Source of the DNA: an uncultured Gemmatimonadales bacterium
GTDB taxonomy: Bacteria > Gemmatimonadota > Gemmatimonadetes > Gemmatimonadales > GWC2-71-9
DNA: 64,000 nucleotides
Assembly: GCA_963798915.1 (NCBI GenBank)
Contig: CAWCVB010000014.1
Coordinates: 147,413-211,412 of the forward strand
Direction: 5' to 3'
Part shown: piece by piece, positions 30,019 through 40,343 of the stretch
How the letters are laid out: every line of letters starts with the position of its first letter
Position numbering within the stretch: the stretch's first letter is position 1
Made by a program: the position numbers and the translations under genes
Notes under the pieces: generated by a model
The model's input: only the letters and a program-made list of their open reading frames with translations
Told to the model about the DNA's origin: nothing
Database searches by the model: none

Positions 30019-30048
30019 TTGGCGACTGATCCGAGAATCGTATACAAT
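30019..30048 (+). promoter_or_regulatory. Sigma70-type promoter with GntR/FadR-type operator over the -10 element
   Basis: TTGGCG(30019)-18 bp-TACAAT(30043); near-palindrome ATCGTATACAAT at 30037-30048. Confidence 0.65.
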
Positions 30049-30081
30049 ATCCCATTCCCAGACTGGAGGCAGGTGATGCAC

Positions 30082-31389
30082 ATGGATCGGCGCAGCTTTG
30101 CCGGCATGGCGGCCGGAATCATGGGCGGGCTCGCCCTCACGCCGCACGCGGCCGGCGCAGCCGTCGGCATCGACGCCGCCTTGCCAGGGCAGGGGGCACC
30201 AGGCCCGTGTGACCTGCCGGCCTCCATTGCGGCCCTCAAGCCGATGACGGATGGCATCAGCCCCATCACTGACGACGAGCGACAGCAGCGACTGGCCCGG
30301 GCCCAGCAACTCATGCAGCAGCAGGGCATCGCCGGGATGCTGCTGGAACCCGGCTCGAGCCTGTACTACTTCACCGGCATGCGCTGGGGGCTGTCCGAGC
30401 GCCCCTTCGTCGGGGTCGTGCCCGCGCGTGGCGAACTCGCGTGGGTTTGTCCGGCATTCGAGGAAGCGCGAGCGCGCGAGCTCATTCATTTCGGGACGGA
30501 CGTGCGTGTCTGGCAGGAGGATGACAGCCCCTATCAGACCATCGCCGGCATCCTGCGTGACCGGGGCGCCGGGAGCGGGCGGATCGGCGTGGAGGAACGG
30601 GTCCGTTTCTTCGTCATGGATGGGGTGCGGCAGGTGCTTCCCGCCGCCGAGTGGGTCAGCGCCACACCGGTCACGGCCGGATGCCGCATGTTCAAGTCCG
30701 CGGCCGAACTCGCGTTGATGCAGCGGGCCAGCGATATCACCGTCGCTGGCATGAAGGCCGCATTCGCCACCCTCAAGGACGGGATGACGCCCCACGAGTT
30801 CGGTGCCATCGCCGAAGCGGCGTTCCAGCGGCTCGGCGGCAACAGCACCTGGTCGCTGGTCGGTTTTGGCGAATACTCCGCGTTTCCCCACGGCAGCATT
30901 CATCCGCAGAAGCTTCGTGAAGGCGACATCGTGCTGCTGGACTCGGGCTGTGCCGTGCAGAGTTATCAATCCGACATTACCCGCACGACGGTCTTCGGCA
31001 AGCCCACCGCCCGGCAGACCCAGGTCTGGAACCTGGAGCGGAAGGCCCAGGACGCGGCCTTCGCCGCCGCGCAGCTCGGTGCCACCTGCGGATCAGTTGA
31101 CGATGCGGCCCGGAAGGTCATCACTGACGCCGGCTTCGGTCCGGGCTACAAAGTGCCCGGGCTGCCACACCGGACCGGCCACGGGATCGGTCTCGACGGA
31201 CACGAGTGGACCAACTTCGTGCACGGCAACATGACCACTCTCGCGCCCGGGATGTGCTTCAGCGACGAACCCACCATCGCCATCTATGGTGAGTTCGGGG
31301 TCCGGCTGGAGGATTGCCTCCACATGACGACAGATGGCCCGAAGTTCTTCTCGCCGCAGAGTCCCGCGGTCGACCGTCCGTTTCCATGA
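30082..31389 (+). CDS. Xaa-Pro peptidase (M24B), Tat-exported
   Basis: MDRRSF twin-Arg leader; PHG, DSG, SDITRT, HRTGHGIG, DEP, GVRLED. Confidence 0.92.
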   Translation: MDRRSFAGMAAGIMGGLALTPHAAGAAVGIDAALPGQGAPGPCDLPASIAALKPMTDGISPITDDERQQRLARAQQLMQQQGIAGMLLEPGSSLYYFTGMRWGLSERPFVGVVPARGELAWVCPAFEEARARELIHFGTDVRVWQEDDSPYQTIAGILRDRGAGSGRIGVEERVRFFVMDGVRQVLPAAEWVSATPVTAGCRMFKSAAELALMQRASDITVAGMKAAFATLKDGMTPHEFGAIAEAAFQRLGGNSTWSLVGFGEYSAFPHGSIHPQKLREGDIVLLDSGCAVQSYQSDITRTTVFGKPTARQTQVWNLERKAQDAAFAAAQLGATCGSVDDAARKVITDAGFGPGYKVPGLPHRTGHGIGLDGHEWTNFVHGNMTTLAPGMCFSDEPTIAIYGEFGVRLEDCLHMTTDGPKFFSPQSPAVDRPFP

Positions 31390-32099
31390 CGGCGACGGTC
31401 CGGCCCGCGCTGGGCGCCGCCCGGGCGCGACGCACCATTGCCGACCTTGCCGCGGATGCTCTTCGGGACCGGATCCTGCGCGGCGACCTCGCCGAGGGAG
31501 CGCCCGTGCGGCAGGATGCCATGGCCGCCGAACTCGGCATGAGCCGCATCCCCGTTCGTGAGGCGTTGCGGCGGCTCGAGGCGGAAGGGCTGGTTGAGCT
31601 GAGTCCGCATTGCGGGGCGGTGGTCTCGTCACTCTCGCTGGAGGAGATTACCGAGCTGTTTGACCTGCGCGCCCTGATCGAAGGCGCGCTCCTCCGGCGG
31701 TCCGTGCCGCGGCTTTCCGCGAAGGTCCTGGGGCTGGCGGGCGAGGTGCTCACGCAGTACGAGCGCGCCTTCCGCGAGCGACGCATACAGCACTGGGCCG
31801 ATCTCAACTGGCGATTCCACTCGATCCTGCTGGCCCCGGCGGGACGGAACCGCACCCTGGCGATGGTGCAGACGCTCCATCATCAGAGCGAGCGCTACAT
31901 GCGGATGCAGCTCACGCTGACGCGCGGTGAATCCCGCGCTCACCTCGAACATCGGGCGATCCTCGCGGCGGCCAGAAACGGCGACGGGCCTGGTGCGGCG
32001 CGGCTGACCGCGAGCCATGTGCGTCACGCCGGCCGCGACCTGGTGGCCTTTCTGCGGCAGTATCGCACCGCGCCGGATCGCCTCAACGGAAGGCAGTGA
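31386..32099 (+). CDS. GntR (FadR/FCD) transcriptional regulator
   Basis: LGMSRIPVREALRRL winged helix; NWRFH, EH FCD motifs; ATGA overlap. Confidence 0.92.
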   Translation: MTATVRPALGAARARRTIADLAADALRDRILRGDLAEGAPVRQDAMAAELGMSRIPVREALRRLEAEGLVELSPHCGAVVSSLSLEEITELFDLRALIEGALLRRSVPRLSAKVLGLAGEVLTQYERAFRERRIQHWADLNWRFHSILLAPAGRNRTLAMVQTLHHQSERYMRMQLTLTRGESRAHLEHRAILAAARNGDGPGAARLTASHVRHAGRDLVAFLRQYRTAPDRLNGRQ

Positions 32100-33548
32100 C
32101 CATGCATGTGAGTGTACTGGAAAATTTTGTCGGGGGAGAGTTCCGGAGCGGCACAGTCGGCGAGCCGATTCCTGATCGCAACCCCTCCGATCAGGACGAC
32201 CTGATCGGCCAGGTGCCGTCCGGCACGGCGGACGACGCCATGTCAGCTGTCGCGTCGGCGCGTTCGGCCCTCGACGCCTGGCGGACACTGCCCGGGCCGG
32301 CCCGCGCCGCGCACCTCTTCCGCTGGGCAGCGGTGATCGAGGAATCGGCCGAGGAGATGGCCCAGGCGGTGGCGCGTGAAGTGGGGAAGCCGATTGGCGA
32401 AGCCCGTGGCGAGGTCGGGCGCTGTGCAGTGATCCTGCGCTACTACGCCGGTGAAGCGGTGCGTGCGCGTGGGTGAGGTGGTGCCAGCGCAGGCGGCTGG
32501 CGCGCTCCAGTTCACCCTGCGCGATCCGCTGGGCGTTTGTGCGCTCATTACGCCGTGGAATTTTCCGGTGGCCATCCCGCTCTGGAAGGCCGCGCCCGCG
32601 CTCGCCTTCGGCAACACCGTGGTGCTCAAGCCAGCGGAGCAGGCATCGCACGCAGCACTGCTCCTGGCGCGAAGCGCATCGCGGGCCGGCATGCCTGCCG
32701 GAACATTCAACGTGGTGCTGGGTGACGGCGCCCTGGTGGGAACCGCGTTGCTGGAGGCCGACGACGTCCGCGCGGTGAGCTTCACCGGATCGACTGGGGT
32801 AGGCGCGCAGGTTGCAGCTTTTTGCGCGCGGCGGAACATCCGCTTCCAGACTGAAATGGGCGGCAAGAATGTGGCGATCGTCCTGGCAGATGGTGACCTC
32901 GACCTTGCCGCCCGGCTCACGGCGGCCGGTGCCATGCGCTACGCCGGCCAGAAGTGCACCGCCACCAGCCGGGTCATCGTGGAGGCGAAGGCGTTCGGGC
33001 CCTTCATGGAGCGACTGGGTCAGGAAATCGACCGCCTGCCTCTCGGGCCCGTTGCGGACTCCGCCTCGGCAGTCGGTCCGCTGATCACGCCGGAGGCGAG
33101 GAGCCGGGTGCAGTCGGCGATTTCGGCGATGGAGGGGGAGCTTGTCATGGGTGGGCGCCCGCCCGCCGATGCTGCCTTTGCCCGCGGCAACTTTCTGCTT
33201 CCTACCGTTGTCCAGGGAGTGGCCCCGGACTCTGCCATGGCACAGGACGAGCTCTTCGGTCCGGTGCTCGCAGCCTTCAGCGTCACCGACCTGGACGAGG
33301 CCATCGCGCTGGCCAACCACACGCGCTATGGACTGAGCGCGTCGCTCTTCACTCGCGACCTCGGTGCAGCCCTTGAATACATTCGCCGGATCGAGGTCGG
33401 TCTGGTGCGGGTTAATGGTGATACGACCGGTGTGGATCCGCATGCTCCCTTTGGCGGCACCAAGGGCTCCAGCTCGGGCAGCCGGGAGCAGGGCAGCGCG
33501 GCGCGCGAATTCTACACCGAGACCCGCACGGTGCAGGTAGCGGGGTGA
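32096..33548 (+). CDS. Aldehyde dehydrogenase, probably alpha-ketoglutaric semialdehyde dehydrogenase; one extra G in the run at 32471-32473 splits the ORF
   Basis: ITPWNFP, FTGST, EMGGKN, GQKCTA, ELFGPV; removing one G restores R-G-E-V. Confidence 0.85.
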
Positions 33549-34498
33549 CGCCATTTCCGGCCGCGATCCGCGTCGTCGATTCCCATACCGAGGGAGAGGG
33601 AACGCGGGTCGTCATCGATGGGTGGCCTGCGCTCGCCGGTCACACCATGGAGGAACGGCGTGACCGCCTCGTGCGTGAGTACGACGGCCTCAGGCAGGCG
33701 GTCGTATGCGAACCGCGCGGGCATGATGCCCTGGTAGGCGCGCTGCTGACCGCACCGGAACGGGCGGGATCGGCCGCGGGCGTGATCTTCTTCAACAACG
33801 TGGGCTGCCTGGGCATGTGCGGCCATGGCACCATTGGCGTGGTGCGCACGCTGCAGCATCTTGGCCGGCTCTCCCACGGCACGGTGCAGCTCGACACGCC
33901 GGCCGGAACGGTCGAAGCGGAATTGTCGGCCGACGGTTCGGTCACGGTGACCAACGTGCCGTGCCGGGTGCAGTCACTGGATCTCAGGATCGACGTACCC
34001 GGCATCGGTCCGGTGACGGGCGACCTGGCCTACGGCGGCAACTGGTTCTTCCTGGTCCACGTCGATCGCCGGCTTCTCTTGACCGATGTCGCGTCGCTTG
34101 CCGGCGAATGCGAGGCGATCATGCAGGCGCTCGCTGCGCAGGGTATCACCGGCGCCGGCGGTGCTCGCATTGACCACGTGGAGTTGTGCGGGCCGCCCGA
34201 GCGAGCCGATGCCGACAGCCGGAATTTCGTCTTGTGCCCGGGCGGCGCCTACGACCGCTCGCCATGCGGGACCGGCACCTCGGCGCGGATGGCGGCGCTC
34301 CACGCACGAGGCCTGCTCGCGCCAGGAACTCCGTGGCACCAGGAGAGCATTACCGGGAGTCTCTTCACCGGCTGGCTGGAGCAGCGCGATGGTCAGTTGA
34401 TTCCCCGCATACGCGGGCACGCGTGGGTCACGGGTGAGGCAACGCTGGTCTTTGCCGAGGATGATCCCTTCCGTGCCGGATTCACGGCGGCAGGATGA
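33545..34498 (+). CDS. Proline racemase family, probably 4-hydroxyproline 2-epimerase
   Basis: DSHTEGE, EPRG, catalytic MCGH and DRSPCGTGT. Confidence 0.9.
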   Translation: MTPFPAAIRVVDSHTEGEGTRVVIDGWPALAGHTMEERRDRLVREYDGLRQAVVCEPRGHDALVGALLTAPERAGSAAGVIFFNNVGCLGMCGHGTIGVVRTLQHLGRLSHGTVQLDTPAGTVEAELSADGSVTVTNVPCRVQSLDLRIDVPGIGPVTGDLAYGGNWFFLVHVDRRLLLTDVASLAGECEAIMQALAAQGITGAGGARIDHVELCGPPERADADSRNFVLCPGGAYDRSPCGTGTSARMAALHARGLLAPGTPWHQESITGSLFTGWLEQRDGQLIPRIRGHAWVTGEATLVFAEDDPFRAGFTAAG

Positions 34499-35622
34499 GC
34501 CGCCATCCTGACCTGCTGATCGTCGGTGCGGGTGTGATCGGCGCCGCGTGCGCCATGCACGCTGCGGAGCGTGGCATGCGGGTGCTGGTCCTGGAACGGG
34601 GCCGGCCGGCCGGCGGGGCTACCGCGGCCGGCATGGGCCACATCGTCGTGATGGACGATTCCCCTGCGCAGATGGCGCTCACCAGCCTGTCGCGCTCGCT
34701 GGTGAACGCGCTGGGGGCCGACCTCCCGGGCGCAGTGGAACACGACCGTTGTGGAACGCTCTGGATTGCGGCGGATCGGGCAGACCTGGCGCAGGCGCAC
34801 GCGCGCTGCGCTCTCTATCGCTCGCAGGGCGTCGCCGCCGAACTCCTCGACGGCCGACAGCTTGCGGCGGCCGAACCCGCGCTGCGGAGTGGCCTGTCTG
34901 GCGCACTCCTGGTGCCGGATGATGGCGTGCTCTATCAGCCCGCGCTGGTGCGCTGGATGCTGCACCGAGCCGGGGTGGCTGGTGCGGAACTGCGCACCGG
35001 GGCCGACGTCCAGTCTGTCGGTCCGACCGGAGCGACGACATCGGCGGGCTTCGTGGCGGCCGGCGCGGTCCTCGTGGCTGCCGGCATCGGGTCGGTGCAA
35101 CTGCTTCCTCGGCTGCCCGTGCTTCCGCGAAAGGGTCACCTCGCGGTCACCGCGCCGGGCCAGACCATGGTGCGCCATCAGCTGGTGGAGCTTGGTTACC
35201 TGCAGAGCGCTCATGCGCTCAGTGCGTCGTCCGTGGCGTTCAATGTCCAGCCAAGGAGGCGCGGGCAGTTGCTGATCGGCTCCTCCCGGGAGCTGGCTGG
35301 GCATGATGCATCGGTGAACCGGCAGGTTCTGGGCTCGATGCTCGCGCGCGCGGCCGCGTTCATGCCGGCACTTGCCCAACAGCCGATCCTGCGCGTCTGG
35401 ACCGGATTTCGCCCGGCGACGCCCGACAAGCTGCCGCTGATCGGCCATTCTCACGACCACGACGGCGTCTGGGTCGCGACCGGTCATGAAGGTCTCGGCA
35501 TCACCACTGCGCTGGGCACGGCGGCGGTGGTCACGGCGCTGCTCCTGGGAGAGGCGCCCCCCATTGATGCAACGGCCTTCGATCCCGATGGTCGTGTGGC
35601 ATTCGCGGGGCAGCAGGCATGA
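34495..35622 (+). CDS. FAD-dependent D-amino-acid oxidoreductase, probably D-hydroxyproline dehydrogenase catalytic subunit
   Basis: GAGVIG, ATAAGMGH, ELGY, GFRP, GHEGLGIT. Confidence 0.85.
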   Translation: MSRHPDLLIVGAGVIGAACAMHAAERGMRVLVLERGRPAGGATAAGMGHIVVMDDSPAQMALTSLSRSLVNALGADLPGAVEHDRCGTLWIAADRADLAQAHARCALYRSQGVAAELLDGRQLAAAEPALRSGLSGALLVPDDGVLYQPALVRWMLHRAGVAGAELRTGADVQSVGPTGATTSAGFVAAGAVLVAAGIGSVQLLPRLPVLPRKGHLAVTAPGQTMVRHQLVELGYLQSAHALSASSVAFNVQPRRRGQLLIGSSRELAGHDASVNRQVLGSMLARAAAFMPALAQQPILRVWTGFRPATPDKLPLIGHSHDHDGVWVATGHEGLGITTALGTAAVVTALLLGEAPPIDATAFDPDGRVAFAGQQA

Positions 35623-35867
35623 CCGGACTGGTTCGCATCCTGGTGAACGGAGACGAGGCGCTCGTGGAGCCCGGGACGACGGTGGCAGCCGCACTGATCA
35701 GCCGGCGAATATGGGCGTTTCATCGGTCGCCTGGCGGAGACCCTCGCGGTCCGCTCTGCGGCATGGGCGCCTGCTTCGAGTGCCTTGTCGTCATTGATGG
35801 CGTGTCCGGCATCCGGGCGTGTCTCGAGCCGGTCCGCGACGGAATGCGCGTAGCCACCGATGGATGA
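35619..35867 (+). CDS. [2Fe-2S] subunit of D-hydroxyproline dehydrogenase (HcnA-like)
   Basis: CGMGACFEC...RAC. Confidence 0.88.
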   Translation: MTGLVRILVNGDEALVEPGTTVAAALISRRIWAFHRSPGGDPRGPLCGMGACFECLVVIDGVSGIRACLEPVRDGMRVATDG

Positions 35868-37132
35868 ACGCTCAGCGGACGTGGTCGTCATCGGCGCCGG
35901 CCCGGCCGGCATGGCGGCCGCCTGTGCCAGTGCCGCTGCGCGTCACGTCGTGGTGCTCGATTCCGCACCCCGACCTGGCGGACAGATCTGGCGTCATCGG
36001 GCACCTGGCGCGCTTGGTCATGTGGCCCGCCGCTGGCTCGGGCGATTCGAAGCGAGCGATGCGACGTTCCACGGGGGTGTGACCGTCACCGACGTGACGC
36101 CGGACAGCGTCCACTGGGTGTCCGGTCCTCGCCATGGAACGCTGCGTGCCGGCGTCATCATTCTTGCGACTGGAGCGCGTGAGCGCTTCCTGCCCTTTCC
36201 GGGGTGGACGCTGCCGGGCGTGACCGGCGTCGGTGGCGTGCAGGCACTCATCAAGAGCGGCGCTTCCGTGCGTGACCTGCGCATCGTCCTCGCCGGCAGC
36301 GGGCCGCTGCTGCTGCCGGTCGCCGCTACCTGCGTTCGTGCCGGCGCCGATGTGCGGTGCGTCGCGGAGCAGGCATCCGCTCGGCGGGTGGCCCGTTTCG
36401 CTTCCGCGCTCTGGCGTGAACCCGCCAAGTTGTTCGAGGCGATGTCGTACGCCACCCGCCTTCGTGATACCTGGATCTCCACCTCCAGCTGGATCCGCCG
36501 CGTGGCCCGCAAGGCCAGCCACCTGGAGGTGGAACTCGTGACGCCTGGCGGAATCGAACGGATCGAATGTGATCTCGTCGGCACGGGGTTTGGACTCGTG
36601 CCGGCGAGCGAGCTCGGTGCCCTGGCTGGTTGCCAACGTGCCGAGGGCCGGCTTCTGGTGAGCGAGCACCAGCAGACCAGCCTTGCGCATGTGCTGGCCG
36701 CGGGTGAGGCGACCGGCATTGGCGGCGCTGTCGCGGCACTGGCGGAGGGGACCATCGCGGGCCTGGTGGCCAGTGGCTGGCGCCGGCACCGCCAGGTTGC
36801 CGCTCAGATCAGCCCGACGAGGCCGGCGTTTTGCTTCGCTCCTTGAGGATCAATTCGCGTTGCGGCCCGAGCTTCGTGCCCTCGCCGATGCGGAGACGGT
36901 CGTTTGTCGGTGCGAAGATGTGCCACTCAGTGCCTTGCGCCCGGAATGGGATGCGCGGCATGCAAAATTGATGACCCGCGCCGGCATGGGTCGGTGCCAG
37001 GGTCGTGTTTGCGGGCCAGCGCTGCGATTCCTGTTCGACTGGCCGGAGAATGAGCCTCGGCTTCCGGTCTTCCCGGCCAGCCTTGAAGCACTGGTGGACC
37101 ACTATGACTCTCCTTCTGGCGTGGAGGCCTGA
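35860..37132 (+). CDS. FAD/NAD(P) oxidoreductase subunit with BFD-like Fe-S tail (HcnB-like); frameshift at ~36770-36830
   Basis: GAGPAG, ATGARE, FPGWTLPGV in ORF 35860..36846; VCRCEDV, GMGRCQGRVC in ORF 36683..37132. Confidence 0.82.
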
Positions 37133-37137
37133 GCTCG

Positions 37138-38049
37138 ATGCAGCGATCCGATTGGTCCGGTGTGTTTCCAGCGACGACGACTACCTTTCTTCCCGACGGC
37201 TCGGTCGATGAGGCGCACGTCGGGGCACACGTCGAGTGGCTGATGGACGCTGGTTGCGCCGGTGTCGTGCCACTCGGGTCGCTGGGCGAGGGCGCGACGC
37301 TGACCTTCGCGGAGAAGGTCCGCATCATTCAGGTCACTGTCGCTGCCGCTGGCAACGCTCCCGTGGTCCCGGGTATCAGCGGGCTGTCCACCAGCGAGTG
37401 CGTGGCGCTGGCGCAGGCGGCCGCCGGTGCCGGTGCGAGTGGCGTGATGGTGCTGCCGCCGTACGTCTATCAAGGGGACGCCCGCGAGACGGATGCCCAC
37501 TTCGCTGCCGTGCTCGGTGCGACCCAGCTTCCCGCCATGCTGTACAACAATCCGGTCGCCTATGGCACCGACCTCCGGGCCGCTGATGTCGCACGACTGG
37601 CCGAGCGGTTCCCGCAGGTGCACGCCGTCAAGGAATCGAGTGGGGACGTGCGCCGCGTAACAGCGCTGCGACAGCTTCTGGGAGATCGCCTGGCAGTATT
37701 TGCCGGTCTCGACGACATGATCGTCGAGGCATGTGCCATGGGCGCGTCAGGATGGGTTGCCGGTTTGGTGAATGCACTGCCGGCGGAGTCGGTGCTGCTG
37801 TTTGACCTCGCGCGCCAAGGCAAGCGCGCGGAGGCGAGGCGACTCTACGACTGGTTCCTGCCGCTTCTCAGGCTGGACACGGTGCCGAAGTTTGTCCAGC
37901 TGATCAAGCTGGTGCAGCTCGAGACCGGCCGAGGGACGGAAGAGGTGCGGCCGCCGCGGCTGATGCTCGAGGGTGCAGAACGGGAGGCGGCGCTGCAGAT
38001 CATCCGCGCCCAACTGGACCGCCGTCCGGCGCTTGCCGGGTCGGCGTGA
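37138..38049 (+). CDS. DapA/NanA-family lyase, probably delta1-pyrroline-4-hydroxy-2-carboxylate deaminase
   Basis: GSLGE, LYNNP, VKESS, PKFVQLIKL; position in the Hyp operon. Confidence 0.85.
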   Translation: MQRSDWSGVFPATTTTFLPDGSVDEAHVGAHVEWLMDAGCAGVVPLGSLGEGATLTFAEKVRIIQVTVAAAGNAPVVPGISGLSTSECVALAQAAAGAGASGVMVLPPYVYQGDARETDAHFAAVLGATQLPAMLYNNPVAYGTDLRAADVARLAERFPQVHAVKESSGDVRRVTALRQLLGDRLAVFAGLDDMIVEACAMGASGWVAGLVNALPAESVLLFDLARQGKRAEARRLYDWFLPLLRLDTVPKFVQLIKLVQLETGRGTEEVRPPRLMLEGAEREAALQIIRAQLDRRPALAGSA

Positions 38050-38128
38050 TCGCCGTCACAGAACGACACGGGCTCTGGGTGGAACGTTGGACCTGAAGCC
38101 CGCCTTTACCTGAGCCAGGAGGTAGTTC

Positions 38129-38338
38129 GTGCGTGCATTCATGGTTGTGGGTACTGCCGCAGTGGTCCTTGCGGCCGCAGCATGCAAGGGGAGCGACCGG
38201 GTCGAGACGAAGGAAGTCGCGCCCGCAACGGAGCCCGCCCCGACGGAGAGCGGTTCGAGCGTGGAAGTGCGAACCGGAAATGACACCATCAATGCCGACA
38301 CGACCGGCGTTCGCGTGAAGGTGAATACGGACAGCTGA
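38129..38338 (+). CDS. Small hypothetical lipoprotein (69 aa)
   Basis: AGGAGG RBS, GTG start, lipobox AAAC. Confidence 0.65.
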   Translation: MRAFMVVGTAAVVLAAAACKGSDRVETKEVAPATEPAPTESGSSVEVRTGNDTINADTTGVRVKVNTDS

Positions 38339-38340
38339 TA

Positions 38341-38427
38341 TAGGGACTGAGGGACTAGGGATTGGGGTTGAGGGACGAGCGTCAGGCCCCTCCGCCCCAA
38401 TCCCTATTATCCTAACCCCTGGCCCCC
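38341..38427. repeat. Degenerate ~7-nt-period inverted array (TAGGGAC-like left arm, TCCCTA/CCCC-like right arm)
   Basis: tagggac tgagggac tagggat tggggt tgagggac ... gccccaa tcccta ttatccta acccctg gccccca, between convergent genes. Confidence 0.65.
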
Positions 38428-38432
38428 ATCTC

Positions 38433-39107
38433 TCAGCTCCCCTCCGCCTGCCGCTTCGCCGCCTCCTTCATCTGCTCGTTCGCATAAATCGCGACTTCCA
38501 CCCGGCGGTTCTGCTGCCGGCCCGCATCGGAATCATTGGGGGCGATTGGCTCGGTCTCGCCCCGGCCGGCGGCACGGATCCGCGACCGATCGACGCCGTC
38601 CGCCACCAGCAGGTTGGCTGCGGCCTCGGCGCGGCGAACCGATAGCTCCTGGTTGTAGCTGTCGGAGCCGACGCTGTCGGTGTGGCCCACCACCATGAGG
38701 TTGGTGTCGGGATACTTGTCGAGATTGCTCGCGAGGCTTGCCAGGTTCTCGCGCCCCTCCTCCCGCACCACGGTCGAGTCGAAACCGAATAGTATGCCGG
38801 ACTTGAAGGTGACCAGGATGCCTTCGCCCACCCGCTCGACCTTGGCACCGGGAATGTTCTGTTCCAGCTCCTTGGCACGGCGGTCCATCTGGTCGCCGAT
38901 GATGGCGCCAGCCGCGCCGCCCACGGCCGCACCAATGATCGCGCCCTTGGCGGTCGAACCGGATGCTGCACCGATTGCGCCGCCAACCACCGCACCGCCG
39001 GCGGCGCCGATCACGGCGCCACGTTGCGCATTCTTGTAACAGCCGGCGGTGGCGACGCCAAGGGCGAGGGACAGGATCATCGCGCGCTGCACCTTGATGC
39101 CAGTCAT
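38433..39107 (-). CDS. OmpA-family lipoprotein with glycine zipper (YiaD-like)
   Basis: Lipobox TAGC, Gly-zipper, GHTDS, NQELSVRRA, NRRVE. Confidence 0.93.
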   Translation of the reverse strand: MTGIKVQRAMILSLALGVATAGCYKNAQRGAVIGAAGGAVVGGAIGAASGSTAKGAIIGAAVGGAAGAIIGDQMDRRAKELEQNIPGAKVERVGEGILVTFKSGILFGFDSTVVREEGRENLASLASNLDKYPDTNLMVVGHTDSVGSDSYNQELSVRRAEAAANLLVADGVDRSRIRAAGRGETEPIAPNDSDAGRQQNRRVEVAIYANEQMKEAAKRQAEGS

Positions 39108-39203
39108 GAGACCTCCTTTGGGTCAGGTCGAAGAGCCGAGGGTACCCCCCAGTCTGCACCCGGAGTCCCGGCCGTGCTGTGATGTGGGTCGCCTGCCGCG
39201 GCC

Positions 39204-40343
39204 CTACTTGACCCTGCGGGCCAGGCCCCGGAGCGAGTCATCAGGCAGTGCACCGTGCAGCCGCAACTGGACGTTGCCCTGCCTCCAGCCGGTCGGGTCT
39301 TGCGGCAAATTCTGCCGCTCGTCGCGAGTTCCGGCCGCAACGCGCTGCTGGTCCAGGAAGAATGAGCCGCCCGCGTCATTCAGGTACACCACCCGCACCA
39401 CTGGCCGGGTAGGATCGGCGCCGGGCACCAGCCGCCCCGGCACCAGCCCGACCATCTCCGGTCGAAGTCCATCGATCACATGCAGATTTCCACCAAGCTC
39501 CCGCCGGGCCTCGTCCAGGCCGATGCGGGTCGAGATCTGTGAATCCGGCAACGCTGCCAGCGGCGTCCGTTCTTCTGCCGCTTTCAGGGTTGATACTGGC
39601 TGCGGAGCCGCATTCGCGATCTCCGGCTGGAACGCCTCGGCCCTGGATCGGCCGGCAGCCTGTTGCCGCGGATTGACCTGCGTCACTTCGGCCTGTGCAA
39701 AGGCTGGCGGTTTCGCAGTAGCCGGCACGGGCGCAGGGGCCGCCGCATCAGCATTGCGATCGACGTGCGACTCCGCGCCGGCGTTGGCCCTTGGCTCGGC
39801 CTGCTCCTGCGATGCGACTGTTGCCGATTCGACCGGCGCGTCAGCCAGTGTGCCGGAGCCAGCCGGAGCCGAATCGCCCACGGCCGCACTCGCAACCTCA
39901 CTCGCTGGACGGGAAGGCGCCTCGACTGCCTGGGGCAGGTTGGCCGTCGCCGTTTCCTGCGGGCCGGAACGGCCGAGACTGTTGGGCCGGAGCGCCAGCC
40001 AACCCGCGCCCGCAGCCACGATCAGGCTTGCCGCAATCCCCATGTTGCGACGCCAGGCCGTGCGCTTCCATCTCAGCATATCGTGGTACGGCAGCAGGAC
40101 GACTGGCGATCCACGATCCTGCGGGCTGATGGCGAGCCGCTCAGTCGCGTCGGCCGCCCGGCTGGCCGGCTCATCCAGCACGCCGACCAACGCATCGGCT
40201 TCGGCGAGAGTGGCTCGCAGCTCGACGGCGCGCGCGTCACATGCTGGGCAGGTGGCGATGTGCTCACTGAGTTCCTGCGCCGCCGACGGGGCCAGCTCGC
40301 CGTCGAGCCACTCCATCAGGAGTCCGTCATCAGGATGCCGCAT
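39204..40343 (-). CDS. Transmembrane zinc-binding anti-sigma factor (zf-HC2)
   Basis: H..WLDGEL..HIATCPAC, single TM IAASLIVAAGAGW. Confidence 0.85.
   Translation of the reverse strand: MRHPDDGLLMEWLDGELAPSAAQELSEHIATCPACDARAVELRATLAEADALVGVLDEPASRAADATERLAISPQDRGSPVVLLPYHDMLRWKRTAWRRNMGIAASLIVAAGAGWLALRPNSLGRSGPQETATANLPQAVEAPSRPASEVASAAVGDSAPAGSGTLADAPVESATVASQEQAEPRANAGAESHVDRNADAAAPAPVPATAKPPAFAQAEVTQVNPRQQAAGRSRAEAFQPEIANAAPQPVSTLKAAEERTPLAALPDSQISTRIGLDEARRELGGNLHVIDGLRPEMVGLVPGRLVPGADPTRPVVRVVYLNDAGGSFFLDQQRVAAGTRDERQNLPQDPTGWRQGNVQLRLHGALPDDSLRGLARRVK

Noticed and set aside
32451..32476. Programmed ribosomal frameshift in the aldehyde dehydrogenase
   Set aside because: No slippery sequence or downstream structure seen; one extra G in a homopolymer explains it.
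34495..37132. Hydrogen cyanide synthase hcnABC or opine oxidase
   Set aside because: Same fold families, but the flanking epimerase, deaminase and semialdehyde dehydrogenase point to D-hydroxyproline dehydrogenase.
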